A stretch of DNA of 64,000 nucleotides from Lama guanicoe (lineage: Eukaryota), in contig MU053376.1 in assembly GCA_013239625.1 (NCBI GenBank), forward strand, positions 396,833 through 460,832. The letters are read 5' to 3'. The notes below the pieces were generated by a model. The model was not told where the DNA came from. It made no database searches and saw only the letters and a program-made list of their open reading frames with translations. A program made the position numbers and the translations under genes. Shown here one piece after another: positions 23,333-36,093 of the stretch. Within the stretch, counting starts at the first letter, position 1. Each line of letters starts with the position of its first letter.

Positions 23333-26300
23333 TGTTCTCTTCTAGCATCCACCTCTTAGAGGGTAGATGGAAACTGGCTGAAAGGTCACTGCATGCACCA
23401 CCTGCATGTGCTAATTGTTAATATTTCCCCACATCTGAGCATGCTCTGTCTTTCTCTGCTTAACCATTAAAAAGATGCAAGCACATCACCTCTAAATACT
23501 TCAGCCTGAATCTCTACAGAACTAGGACATTCTCCTGTGCAAACACAATGCCTTCAACACACCCACAAAATTTAACGTTGACACAGTAATGTTCAAATGT
23601 TTGCCATTGTCATCTGGGAAGTTTTTCAAACATATAATTCCTGGCCTCTCTCTTGGAGGGTCCGATTTAGTGGAGTGGGTCCCTGGACTTTGAACGTTTC
23701 AAAGCCCCTCAGGCAATTCAGATGTGCAGCCAGGTTTGACACCACAGACTAGAACTGTTGGAACTCCCAGGAAGATGAGAGGGAACTGGGGACAGGGACC
23801 CCAAAGAGCACCAGGCAGTCAGCTGGTGAAGGAAGAGGGCGTGCTTCTGGCGAGCAGATCAGTGCCGGGGTCTAAGCGGCACCAGGCACCAAACTCAGTC
23901 CACACAGCGGCCAACAGATGACTAGAGGTCAGTGGGGGAGGAAATGGGGTCAGGGCAGAGCCACACAATGGTTTAAAGTCAAAGGAGAGGGCACTCCCTC
24001 CAGCGAGCAGGCTCTGTGCGGTCCCAGTGCCAGAGAGGGAGGGGTCCCTGGGACCAGCAATGACACCAGCTGTGGGTGGAGAGGGCTTCCTGTCGTCTTG
24101 CCGGAGGGCACCATAGCAGAGCTGCTCTACTTGGGACAGACAGACCAACGGGTCTGGGTCATCTCCCTACATCCTGAGCCCCAGAGCTGGATTCTGGTGG
24201 GCGATGAGCACAAGCTATGTGCCAGGTGCCGTGCTAGACTCAGAAGTATTCAGAAGACCATGGCACAATTCCAGGGAGTATGGTCTAGCAAAAATGGCAG
24301 CCGTGACCATAAATAATAATTTAATCCCCACTTTGGGACACAAAATGGGAAACCCTGCACGTCTTGGCCCATCTTGACTGCGCAGGGAAAATGGAGAGCT
24401 ATTAAGAAAGGTGGTAAAAAATATGGAGGGTCTCAAGCCCCTAGCCTTCTAGATTTTACTAAGGGAAGATGACTCAGTTCTAGGACTGCTCTAGGAGGGG
24501 ACCTTCAGTACCTCCTTCAGGACAGAATGGGTCAAGGGGTTGGAGGCCACAAGGACTTAATCCCTTTGGTTTCCAGAGTCTTCTCTTCAGAGGGGACCCT
24601 TCCCCCATCCACCCCCAACATCCACACTTACCCAGACCCCAAATCCCACTGGCCTTGCAGCCAGGGACCCATCCTGCACCCCTCACTGCACCCCCTGCTG
24701 CCCTGCTCCACCTCTCCCCCGCACAGCCCCAGCTCCAGCAGGGACGTCCGTGTGCCCTGGGCCAGGAATCCGACTCCTCCAGCAAAAGCTATAACAAGAA
24801 GTCAAGTAGGTCAGCTCCCTGCCTCACACAGATGTGCACCTGATCCCTGCTTCCGTATTGAAAACCTACAGGTCTCACACAGCTCTGAGAGCTTCTCTGA
24901 TGTCAGGCCCATCACTAAGTCACACGTGCCAACAGAGCCTTTCTCTTATTTAACCTGCGTCCCCTCTGTGTGGCTCTCACTTAGTTCCACATGTGGGGAG
25001 ACTCAAAATAACTGCTCGCATTTTCTTCCCACTCATACAGCCCCTCTCTAGCATCCTCTTGGCCAAATTAAAACTGCCCCATGTGGTTCGGTCTTTGCTA
25101 CTGGAACTTTCTTTCCATCTCTCTCTTTCCTGGGCCTACCCTGGACCCTCCACCAATTTAAAGCTAAAGTGGACACAAGAGTTAACAGAGAGCTCTTTGG
25201 GTCCTAAGAGAGCAGAGAGACAGGTGCCAGGAGGCTGTGACACACTTACACCAGTCGACTTTGCATTTACAGTCTTGAGTCCCCTGTCCTGGCTCAGAAA
25301 CCTTCCATGCAGCTGACTCTGTCTGCATGTGTGCACACACGTGCATGCATGTACGTGCGCGCACGCACACACACACACACACACACAGAATCCCTGGAGA
25401 TCACACCTCCTAGCACACACCCTGCAGATTTGGGATCTGAGTACAAAGAGAGTCAGAAATGGAAGAGATGAGGCAGCTCATGGCTCTCAAAACTTTCCTT
25501 CCTAGAGCTGACCATTTAGATGGGAGGGCCCAGGACCAGGATCTGGCAATCAGCTGAATGGAACCTTTGGCAAGAAGGAAAGAAAGGTCTTGGCAGTGTG
25601 TGGATTTCTAACCCAGGAATCATCCCAGGAGCCAGAGCAGCCACATCTCCCTTGTCCGGTCCATACTTCCTGCTCTCTCCTCCCCTGCCCCCAGCCACTG
25701 CAGCCCCAAGGGCCAGCCCTTCTGGTTGAGATCAGCCAGGTTCCCTCCAAGGACCACGATGGTTAAGAATGACTTTTTCAGCTTCCTCGGCCTACAGAGA
25801 AAGGCAATGGGATGGGGTGGCGGAGGATGAGAGGCGTTCCCAGGATGGCCTTTGCTTAGTAATCTTGGCCTCCAGTTGACAGGACTCCTGAGGAAACTTC
25901 TTCACAGATAAATTTCACACCAGCCCACCCACGTGAGAAAAACCACCCAACGTTTCCAAGCAGTAACATCCAGGAAACCTCAGCCTCTCTGAAGGTACCG
26001 TAGACCCCAAGAAGTATAGAGGCAGCCCCTCTGGGAGGAGGAAGTGGGTGGAGTCGGCGACGGGGACACAGCAGCCCTCTCCAGCCCTCACTTTCCACAT
26101 CTGTTCTGCTCCGTCCTCATTGTTGCTTCACGGCGCCATTTGCTTCCTGTAAACCAAGGGCTCCTGCAGCGCCCAGACAGTTGCCTCTCTCACCCCCGGC
26201 TGAACCTCCAGCCCAGCTTCCCCAGCTCATGCCCCTGGGAATCCGGTTCTCCAGGATTCCTGCGTGGGCTGGGAAAACTCCCTGGAGGAGGCCAGCCCAT

Positions 26301-26527
26301 TAAGCAGAGCCCAGAAAGCAGGTCACAGCTGTTCCCATCCAGCCGAGGCACCAAAGTGAGGACACAACATGCCAACAAGGCTCTGCTCTGCCTGGAGGGC
26401 TCACAGGGGGAGGAGGTGAGAGGCAGTGCAGCCCCGCCTCACGGCTCTGGTCCAGACTCCTGGTCTGAACATGCTGGGCGGGGCTCACCCATCAGAGTCT
26501 GCAAGGAGTAGGAGGCAGCGTTGAGGA

Positions 26528-26648
26528 GGGGAGGGTGCAGCTCAGTGGTAGAATGCCTGCTTAGCATGCACAGGGACCTGGGTTCAATCCCTGGTCTCTC
26601 CATTAAAATAAATAATAAATAAACCTAATTACCTCTCCCCCCAAAAAA
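26528..26648 (+). mobile_element. Vic-1-like SINE
   Basis: A/B boxes, aaacctaattacc tail; TSD aggaggcag(c/t)gttgagga. Confidence 0.9.
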
Positions 26649-27587
26649 GGAGGCAGTGTTGAGGAGCACTCCGAAGTATGGCCCAACCCCAAGGCAAGTG
26701 GATGGGGATCTCAGGGTAACTACAGAGGCATCAAACTAACCAGTCTACTGAATAATGCCAGTGAGACTGTCCCCCAAAAGAATGACATCTTTGCTGGGAT
26801 CAACACCCTGACTTTTACGTAGTATCTCCAATTCACTCAATTATAACAATTCTTTGGTTGTTTTCTGGTAGTCCTTTTCTTAGACATCTGAAAGATTCTC
26901 TCTCTTCTCCATGACAGGGTCCCCCTGTCTGTTAAAGATAAGTGGGGCGAGGCCCACAAAGGGTCAGCAACTTCGCCTGGGTCTCACAGTGAAGCTGTGG
27001 CAGAGCTGGGAGGGGCCCATAGACCCACTGGGCTGATACTCAGAAACAGTCTTGGCCCCAGCCCTGTGCCCCGCCCCATGAGGACAAACCTGGCCCTCAA
27101 TCACTAGAGCCTGGGACGGGAAGGACACAGGGAACTGGTCCCCAGAATGATCCTACACACAGATTAGAGAAGGTGGAGCCAGCAGCCCCCATGGGGTGAC
27201 GCTGTCGGTGGGAAGCGTGGGGGTGATGGCCTGTAAGCCTGCCTTGAGGAGCCAGTGGGCAAGGCCAGGCTGTGTGGGCAGTGGGCTATTCGCAGCTGAC
27301 AGCCACCTGCTTGGCTCGGAGGAGGGTAAAAGGAAGCCAAGGGGAAAAAGGCTGAGCCAGTCGTCCATGGGGACCTCGGAGGAGTGGAAGTCCAGCCCCC
27401 ACACAGTGCCCAGGGCAAGCTCCTTCCCTCCTTCCTGGAGGCGAGGCTCTGCACTACTGTCCGCAAGCCCCGCCCACTGTCCCTCTGCCACCACAGTCCC
27501 TAAATCAGCCATCTTGATATGTTGTCTGATAACAGAGACCATCTTCAATTAGTGCTAACACCTTAAATCAAGAAAATCCCTGGGGTC

Positions 27588-27805
27588 GGGGGGAGGGTAT
27601 AGCTCAAGTGGTAGAGAGCGTGCTTAGCATGCATGAGGTCCTGGGTTTAATCCTCAGTATCTCCACTGAAAATAAATAAGCAAAACAAATTACCCTCCCC
27701 CAAAATACATAAATAAAAATTTGTTTAAAAAGGAAGAAAGAAGATCCCTAGGGAGGGTAGAGTGCAGCTCAGTGGCAGAGTGTGTGCTGAGCATGCACAG
27801 GGTTC
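27588..27805 (+). mobile_element. Two adjacent Vic-1-like SINEs (second is 3'-truncated, from 27751)
   Basis: Two gggagggta...gctcagtgg heads, preceded by aagaaaatccct and aagaagatccct. Confidence 0.8.
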
Positions 27806-28593
27806 GGCCGGACTCACTCCCTCATCGGCTCCCTGAGGGCAGGAGAGAAAGCCAGCCTAGACACCACGAGGTTCTAGACACCATGAGGTAACAGTCTTAC
27901 CGTCACTGGCAAAGGAAGCTGAGAAAAGCAGACAGGAAGTTGAAAAAAAAGGAAAAACAGGACCTCTAGGCTCCAAGGGCAGCTCCGGGCCTTCCCAAGC
28001 AGGCCCTTCCCTGCCCACGTCCCAGTGCGCCGGGGACAGGCTCGGCCAGCCAAGGGGGCACGAGGCAGTGAGAATGCCAGGAAGGAGACTTGGGCAGAAG
28101 AGCCCAGGAGGGCCTGTGCCCAAAGGCCACCTGGCTTCTGGCAGGCCTCAGGGGCAGCTGGTTATTTCCTAAGTCAGGGCAGAATGGAGAAGCCCTGGGG
28201 TCCCCATAGACCAGAGTGGGAAAAGAAAGGGGTGTCAGGTCTCAGGCAGCCCCCATCTTTCAGCCCAGGGAGGAAAAAAAAAAAAGTACAAAAACAAACT
28301 CACCAACAGACATCTGATACTAATTTACCCAGGGGTGTCAGAGGCCAAAGTGTTAGTCTCTCCAAGGGACACATGCACTTAAAAAGTAGAGTTTGAGGAG
28401 AAGGGTGCCCAAGCTAAGGGAATCTGGAAGACATAAGGGAAATTTCTAGTAGCCCTAGGAAAAATGATCCATTAAAAGGTAGGGGAAGAGGATCTCCGGA
28501 GTAAGCCTTGCCTCCCCATGGCCTCCCCAGGTCCTAGCTCCTGAGCCCCAGGGCTCTCTTGCCCCTCTCCAGGAAACAAGACTCCCCACCCAG

Positions 28594-28707
28594 GTGCTCA
28601 CTTCAGCAGCACATACACTAAAATTAGAACAGTATAGAGAAGACTAGCATGGTCGCTGAGCAAGGATGACATGCAAATTCATGAAGTGTTGTATATTAAA
28701 AAAAAAA
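28594..28707 (+). pseudogene. U6 snRNA processed pseudogene with poly(A) tail
   Basis: GTGCTCACTTCAGCAGCACATACACTAAAATTAGAAC...GGATGACATGCAAATTCATGAAGTGTTGTATATT plus A10; many CpG-decay substitutions; diverged TSD-like flanks aagac..cccc. Confidence 0.92.
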
Positions 28708-30576
28708 GACAACCCCCCAAGTGCTGCCTACGAGGCAGCCTGTCCCTTTAAGACACTGACCCCTCCAACCCCTGGCCTTGGCTGCCATTACCCTGGCCTT
28801 CCGCAGGGGTCACGCAGCTCCACTCCACTCTTCCTGGTAGCAGACCGGAAGGATATCCTGCTGCGGGTCAGCCAAGGACACAACCCGGGGAGACACCAGG
28901 GATTCTGTCTTACCCAGGTCAAAGGAGAAAGCCCACTCGGGACGCAGGGCCCTAAGAGGGAACTGAGAAGTGAGATCCTCCTGGAGATGGCCTCTCAGTG
29001 TCCAGGGAAGCGGATACCTAGATGGGGGGACTGGGACGGGGGCACTGGTCCTGCAGTGCCAGATCCAGGGGATCCCGACCAGGACTCCCCTATCAGCCTG
29101 GTCACCCCCAGAGCTCTCAGAGTGGAAGGCTCCAGTGCCCTGGCATAGACGCCCCATGTCCTATTGCCCGTCCCTCCCGACTCTCAGGGCTTCAAAAGCC
29201 ACGGGTGCGGCTGGAGGCGCTTTTCTCTTGCTCCTGCTTTCTCTCCGCCCTCTTTCCACCCCAACTCAAGATGGTCAGAAGCCTTCCCTGGTCAGCCCTT
29301 TCCAAGTCTTCTTACTTCTTTTACTCTCAATGTCTCCTTTACACTCTGATGCTGTGTGTGGGACACGACTGATTAAAATGGTGGCCCTGGTGTCGGGGCA
29401 AGAACACATTCGCCTTAGATGGTGTTAAAACAACTGTTCCGCATCTCTGCACATGGCGGGGTCAAGGAGATTTATTTTCTAAGCAGGAAGTAACCTAGGG
29501 GGTTGGGCAGTCGACAAGGACTCATGTCAGTTTCGGTGTTGCTCTGTACCTGCCCTAATGCCTTTCCCCCAGCTCCTATGTCCCACTTTGCATAAGAAGG
29601 TCTCCCTAAGACAGAGTCCTAGTCTACAGCCAGCACGGGGATGCTCAGCAGAGGGGTGGACCAGCTGCCCACTTGGCGCAGTGCAGCACATTCACATCCC
29701 AACAGCCCTGCCTTCATGGGGCCCTTGCTCACATGACCCTCACTCAGGGTCTACCAGGTAGCAATAGTCAGAGGCCAGTCTCAGCCATTCTCAGGGGCTA
29801 GCTAACATGCTTGCAGCTGGACGAGTGCAGCCAGAATGTGCCCGTACGTGCAGGTATATTAGAGCTAAAATATCCTATATATGTAACAGCACAGTCCATG
29901 GCTACCTTGCTGAAATACCACTGCAGTGTACGTAAACACCATTACAAAGTCTGTCGAATGAGTTTCTCCAGGGATATGTCCACTGTCAGGACTGGAGTGA
30001 GGGTATCATGCTTTGCTCTGGTGTGTGATGGAGAGGGAGGCCAAGTGAAAAGGAGCAGAAATAGAAGGAAGGAAACAGATCCCCCCCCCCATCTTGTCTC
30101 TGATATTTAGTGCCAGGTATTGTCTTGTTTAATCCCCACAACAATCCTTAAATGTGCATATTATTATCCTTATTTTATGAAAACAGGAAAGGGATTGAGT
30201 AATTTGCCCAAGGCCACACAGTAGTAAAAAATAAAGACTCAAAGAGTTGTAAACCAGCTCTACTTCAATAAGCAAATAATAAAATAAACAAAATTTAAAA
30301 TTAAAATAAATTAAGTAAGTAAGTAACTAAGCAAGAGTTAAACTGAATCTTGTTTGAGGTCTCTTTCCCATCCTGCCATGGAGATCCAGGCACACCCCGT
30401 TTTACCAAATGTCCAGCTGATATTGGTGACTATCCTGGCGCACGCCTAAGCTCTCCCCACGTAGCCCAGCACTCTTCATCACTGTCTCAAGGCACTCAAA
30501 AACCACGCAAATAAATAAACAAGCAAACAAACAACAACAAAACCAGACCCATAGTTTTGCAGATAGGAGAACCAAA

Positions 30577-31340
30577 GACCAGGTACCACCTCACACCAGT
30601 CAGAATGGCCATCATTCAAAAGTCCACAAATGATAAACGCTGGAGAGGCTGTGGAGAAAAGGGAACCCTCCCACACTGTTGGTGGGAATGTTGTTTGGTG
30701 CAGTCATTATGGAAAACAGTATGGAGATTCCTCAAGAAACTAAAAATAATAGACTTACCCTATGATCCAGCAATCCCACTCCTAGGCATATATCCAGAGG
30801 GAACTCTAATTTGAAAAGACACCTGCACCCCAATGTTCACAGCAGCACTATATACAATAGCCAAGACATGGAAGCAACCTAAATGTCCATCGACAGAGGA
30901 CTGGATAAAGACGTTGTGATATATTTATATAATGGAATACTATTTGGCCATAAAAAGAGAATAAAATAATGCCATTTGCAGCAACATGGATGGATCTGGA
31001 GATCATCATTCTAAGTGAAGTAAGCCAGAAAGAGAAAGAAAAATATCATATGATACCACTCATAAGTGGAATGTAAAAACAGAAAAAGACACTAATGAAC
31101 TTATCTACAAAACAGAAACCGACTCCCAGACACAGTAAACAAACCTAAAGTTACCAGGGGGAAAGGGAGCAGGAAGGGATAAACTGGGAGCCCAAGATCT
31201 GCAGATATAACAAGTTTCTACTGTACAGCACAGGGAACTATATTCAGTATCTTATAGTAACCTATAATGAAAAACAATGCGAAAATGAATATATACACCA
31301 GAAATTGGCACATTGTAAATGACTGTACTTTGATTTAAGA
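30577..31340 (+). mobile_element. 5'-truncated LINE-1 (ORF2 C-terminus plus 3'UTR), relatively young
   Basis: [37 protein letters not shown]...[14 protein letters not shown] is the L1 ORF2 C-terminal motif; TSD agaaccaaaga. Confidence 0.93.
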
Positions 31341-32910
31341 GAGAGAGAGGGAGGGGGAGACAGAACCAAAGATCACAGGGGAGAAATGACTCATCTGAAG
31401 TCACACAGGTAGCTGTGGCGGAAGTGGGACTGGAAGCAGGTCTCAGACTCCCGCTCAAATGCTCTTTCCAGCCTGAAACACAACCATCTATCTTGTCCAT
31501 TCTCAAAATCCTCCAGAGAAGGAGTTCCCCCAGACTTTCTGTTCTAACCTCTCCCAAATTGGTCCATTCCTTTCCAAGCTTCTGACTACTTTGATCAAGT
31601 GAAATAACCTAGAGAAAGCACACGTTATGCACCAAAAATCGTAATTCCTTTCTCTTACCCTCCCATTAAAGCCTCACCCTAGCTAGCCTCTCCGTCTCCC
31701 ATGCAGACCCGTTGCAGTGCTGGTACCCCAGTGCCAGGGAACCCCTCAGGGCAGCTCAGATCATGCCATTCTTCCAACGAAAAGCTTTGTCTCTCCCCTT
31801 TCTTGTCAGATATTCAAGACCCCCAATATTGAATTCCAGCCCAGTCCCTTGCAGGCCCCCCATTCTCCAGGGCTCCTCGTTTTCCCACCAAACTTCACTC
31901 ATGCTAGTACCTTCTGGAATACTCCCTGGCTCGCCCTCTACAAATGCCTGCTCTTGAGCCTTCTTTCATCTCCTGTGACTGAAAGTGCCTTTGCTCTCTT
32001 TGGAACATCTCTCAAATTTTTAATGCATCCTACCACAGTTATACTGTTTCGTATTACTCCATTAGTGATTAGAATAAAAATAACCTATCCACGTAGGTGC
32101 TTTATAGTTACAAAGCCCTTTCATAGACATAAGCCCATTTATCTTAATAAAAATTACCTATTTATTTTTGTTTTCCCCATGATGCCCAGTACAGTGTTTT
32201 ACACATGGGACAGAGCTGTTAAATACTGCAACCTGAGGGTGGTCTGACCAACCCAGAGAAGAGCTAACACTTCCCTGTGGTCGGATCAGAGATCCTGAAG
32301 CTGGATGAGGAAGGCAGAACTGGGGTTTGTTCTTCCAGGTTGATACCTCATAGCGTTTATTAGAGTCTGAGCATTTAGGGGCCCCCGAAACATTCAGCAC
32401 TCTGATCCAAGCCTCTATACTCCTGTGAAATGCTGCTCAAGACTACACCACCTCGTGGGGCAGCCATCACAACTGACTCATACTGAGCTAACAGAATTAT
32501 CGCACTACATGAACCCATGCATTCACGTGCATTTTGTGGAGTACACCGTGGCCACTCAAGGTCAGGGATATACTGAATTCAAGTTAGCCTCCCGAGGGTT
32601 TAGCACAAACCTGCCGTCGAAGGACGATAAAAGAAACGAGACCATCACAATTCACTGAGCCCTTGCCACGGATCAGACACTGTCCTAGGCAGTTCGTTTC
32701 GCCTGTCCTCTTCACTGCTGTGCACCAAGGAGGGCGCCGGGGACATCACAGACATTGAATGCGCAGCAGGTGAATGAACAGATGAATAAAAGATATAATG
32801 CAAACTCCTTCAACGGCTCTGGACAAATTCAGCACCTTTCACTTGGCCTCTTTCACCACTTTCTTCATCCGCCGTCCCAACCCAATCCCTACTCATCGGC
32901 CAGATCTTGT

Positions 32911-33030
32911 GGGGAGGGTATAGTTCAAGTGGTAGAGTGCATGCTTAGCATGTACAAGGTCCTGGGTTCAAGTCCCAGTGTCTCCTCTAAAAATAAATAA
33001 ATAAACCTAATTACACCCCCCCAAAAATAA
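32911..33030 (+). mobile_element. Vic-1-like SINE
   Basis: ggggagggtatagttcaagtggtagagtgcatgcttagcatg...gggttcaag...aaacctaattac. Confidence 0.9.
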
Positions 33031-33757
33031 ACATCTCAGCAAACATTTCCTTTCTACCAGGAAGTCTGACCTCTGCTTTTGTGTTCTCAAAGCATCCCAC
33101 ACTACTTCCACTACAGCCCACTCACTTGCCACTAGTAAACACTCACAAAAACATTTCCTGAATGAATGAGTGAGGTCTTTTTTAAACATGATCTGACAGC
33201 CGTACATCTCTCTGTGATCATATCTCCTTCCACAGACGACCATGGAAGAATGCTTTCTGCCGTCACCTGGCCCTTGGGGAAGTCCCATCTCATTCAGAAC
33301 TTGAGCCTCATTGACATTTTTCCAACACAGGTCCCTTCAGTGCAGTACAGAAAGACCACCAGTTCTGGAGGTAGCCTGACCCAGATTCAAACTTTGGTTC
33401 TTCCCTAATTAGTTGTACAATCTTAGGCATGTTTCTTAGTCTCAGTTTGAATGTAAACCTAAGCTAAATAAAGCTCCGTTCTCCCATCTGCAAAGGGGAA
33501 TGAGACAATTTTATCATCATCTATTTCCTCCAAGGATGGGAGGAGGGAAAATTCAGATAAGGTTTGAAAAGCTGGGGGCAGGCGACGCTCAGTGCCGGTG
33601 GCTTTTCTTCTTCAAGGATGCTCTTGCCTTTCTTGGTACTTGAACTTTTTCTCAAGTGGCTCCTTTTTGCCTTCCTTGCTGGGATCACCTGCAACATCTT
33701 GTCAGGGAACTGTATCCATCTTTTCTCTTAATTAAAAAAAAAAAAATCTGCCTTCTT

Positions 33758-33878
33758 GGGGGAGGGTATAGCCCAAGTGGTAGAGGGCATGCCCACCATG
33801 CACAAAGTCCTGGGTTCAATCCCCAGTATCTCCTCTAAAAACAAATAAATAAACAAACCTAATTACGCCCCCCCCCCA
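33758..33878 (+). mobile_element. Vic-1-like SINE
   Basis: Same consensus; perfect TSD aaatctgccttctt. Confidence 0.9.
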
Positions 33879-34122
33879 AATCTGCCTTCTTGAAATCTAG
33901 AGTGGAAATCTGACATTCTGGCTATAGTATTTTTGGGGGAAATATAGTTGCCTTCTCCCAGGTTCCCATAATACCCCATTTACAAACCAAATCTCTCCAC
34001 TTCTGGTCAGAATTAAATGCACTCTAACAGTGCTGCTGGTCCCTTTAACTTCTTTTGCCCTTCGGAAGACATAACGAGATGGCAAGTCAGGAACACGACA
34101 AACACTGCTTTCAGAAAAGTGG

Positions 34123-34184
34123 GGCTGCGATGTCTCAATGTGGCTGCAATGTCTCAGTGTGGCCGCGATGTCTCAATGTGGCTG
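34123..34184 (+). repeat. 19-bp minisatellite, about 3.3 copies
   Basis: ggctgcgatgtctcaatgt / ggctgcaatgtctcagtgt / ggccgcgatgtctcaatgt / ggctg. Confidence 0.9.
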
Positions 34185-35928
34185 GGCTCCGGCATTACTC
34201 CTGTCTGGGTTCTAGGTTACTGTGGACCTGAGACAGGAAGAGCTCACGTCTATTTCTTCCACCTGGCAAGACACGCTGTACTGTTTCCTCAAAATGCAAT
34301 CTCCTTGGTTCTCTACTCTCTCCCTCTCATTTGCTCTGCCCTCAAGAGCACCAAAAAGATTAAGACAGAGAAGGAGAAGAACTTGGCTGGAAAGGATGTC
34401 TCCACGCGAGCCTGGGGACCCAGACACGTGTCACCAGTGCCCATGCCTGGCCCCCACCTCCATTGTAGGGAGGGGATCAGAAATAGAACCTAACCCCTAG
34501 GACAGGATCCACAGGGCAGAGACTTAAGAGGTACAAAGCACAGTAGGAAGAACTGCCGAGAAGAAAAACAAACCACTGCTCAGGAGATAGTCTCGCAGTG
34601 ACTACAGTTGGCTAGGGTGAAGAGAAATAGGTCCAGGAAGAAGGGAGTTGAACAATGTTTTCAGGAAAGAGTGGCAGGAGTGATAGAGTGAAGGCAGAAG
34701 GAAAAGAGACAAATGATTTTCGGCTTTTCTTTGAAACATCGGGGAGCCTCTGCTAGGTGAGACTTTCCTACGGAGTGAATTACTGATTCCTTCGTCGCAG
34801 AATTCTGTATTCTGCCTCAGGACTGTTGGGAACCTCTCTCCTCTTCCTTCTCCATACCTTGAGTGCCTCTGCCCCAAGGCTCAAAGGGTGTCCTCTGTGT
34901 CCTTAATCCCTTTAGCACTAAGGAGATGGGAGAAGAGTGCATTCCATCACTGAGGTCCTGAGAGAGGAGAATTTCCCAACAATGAAGGCACTGATAGGGT
35001 TGGCAGATAGGCATATTCTAAAGTACCAAAGAATAGGCCCTTTCATGGGTCGTATAAAGTGATCTGTAGGGCAAGTTCTAGCATTGCTAGTCACCGTGTG
35101 ACCTTGGGAGAGTCATTTCTTTGCAGGGAACTGATCTCCAAAGTCCTTTCCAATTCTAAAGCTTTACATAATCTTAGGAAATACAAGAATGCTCTCTTAA
35201 ATTTCATTTCACACCACAAACACAAAACAAAGCAGATACAGAAATACCAAAACAAAAGACTTGCCTCCGTTTTCCCAACTCCCCTCTCCCCCGCCCCACA
35301 TTCTAAATCTCTGACTAGAGTTGCCCAGAAGGTAGCAAAGTAAGTTGATTTGATTATCCCTAGTCTTCTCCTGACACTGAATGTAGGGATATGAATGAGA
35401 AAGCAGAGAAAGGCCAGGAAGGGGGGAGCTCAAGGGACTCACATACTTATACCTTAACCCCAACAATTGAGAATTAAGGAGGGGTTATGCTGGGCTGGGG
35501 CTGGGTAGAAATTTTTCCTCCAGCGTCCCTGTCATTGAGAAGTTTGTTATCTAAGGTATGTCCCAGACTGGTGACATCTTATGGGCATTCAAGTCAAGGA
35601 GTCTAGTATGAGTGAATTCTGTAACTCTGCTGCCCTTTCTGTTCCCCCAAGACCCACTATCTCCCTGACAGTGGCACCCAGGTTATGAGCACAGGGTCTG
35701 GAGTGGGACTGCCTGCTTCAAATCCCTCCCCTGTCATTTACTAGCTGGCTGACATCAGTAAGCATTGGCTGTTATATTATTTGTCAACTCAGCACTACCC
35801 TGTCAATAGACAGTAGCTAGTCTTTGGGGGTGGATGTCTCCCCCAGTTCGCTACAAATATATTCAGCAGACTTTCTTTCTCTCCCAACATTCATTCCACC
35901 AACCCTATTTAAAGAGGAATACCCAGTT

Positions 35929-36093
35929 GGGGAGGGGATAGCTCAGAGGTAGAGGGCATGCTCAGCATGCATGAGGTCATGGGTTCAATCCCCAGTACCT
36001 CCGTTAAATAAAATAAGAAGAAGAAGAAATAAGCAAAACTTAATTACCCCCCCTACAAAAAAAAATTAAACAATAAAAAATAAAGAAATAATC
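35929..36093 (+). mobile_element. Vic-1-like SINE
   Basis: Same consensus with extended A-rich tail. Confidence 0.88.

Noticed and set aside
34123..34184. Repeat array as CRISPR-like
   Set aside because: Head-to-tail units with no spacers, in a mammalian genome.
330..36000. Many 60-210 aa ORFs on both strands
   Set aside because: Expected by chance in GC-rich introns or antisense to exons; no recognisable protein features.
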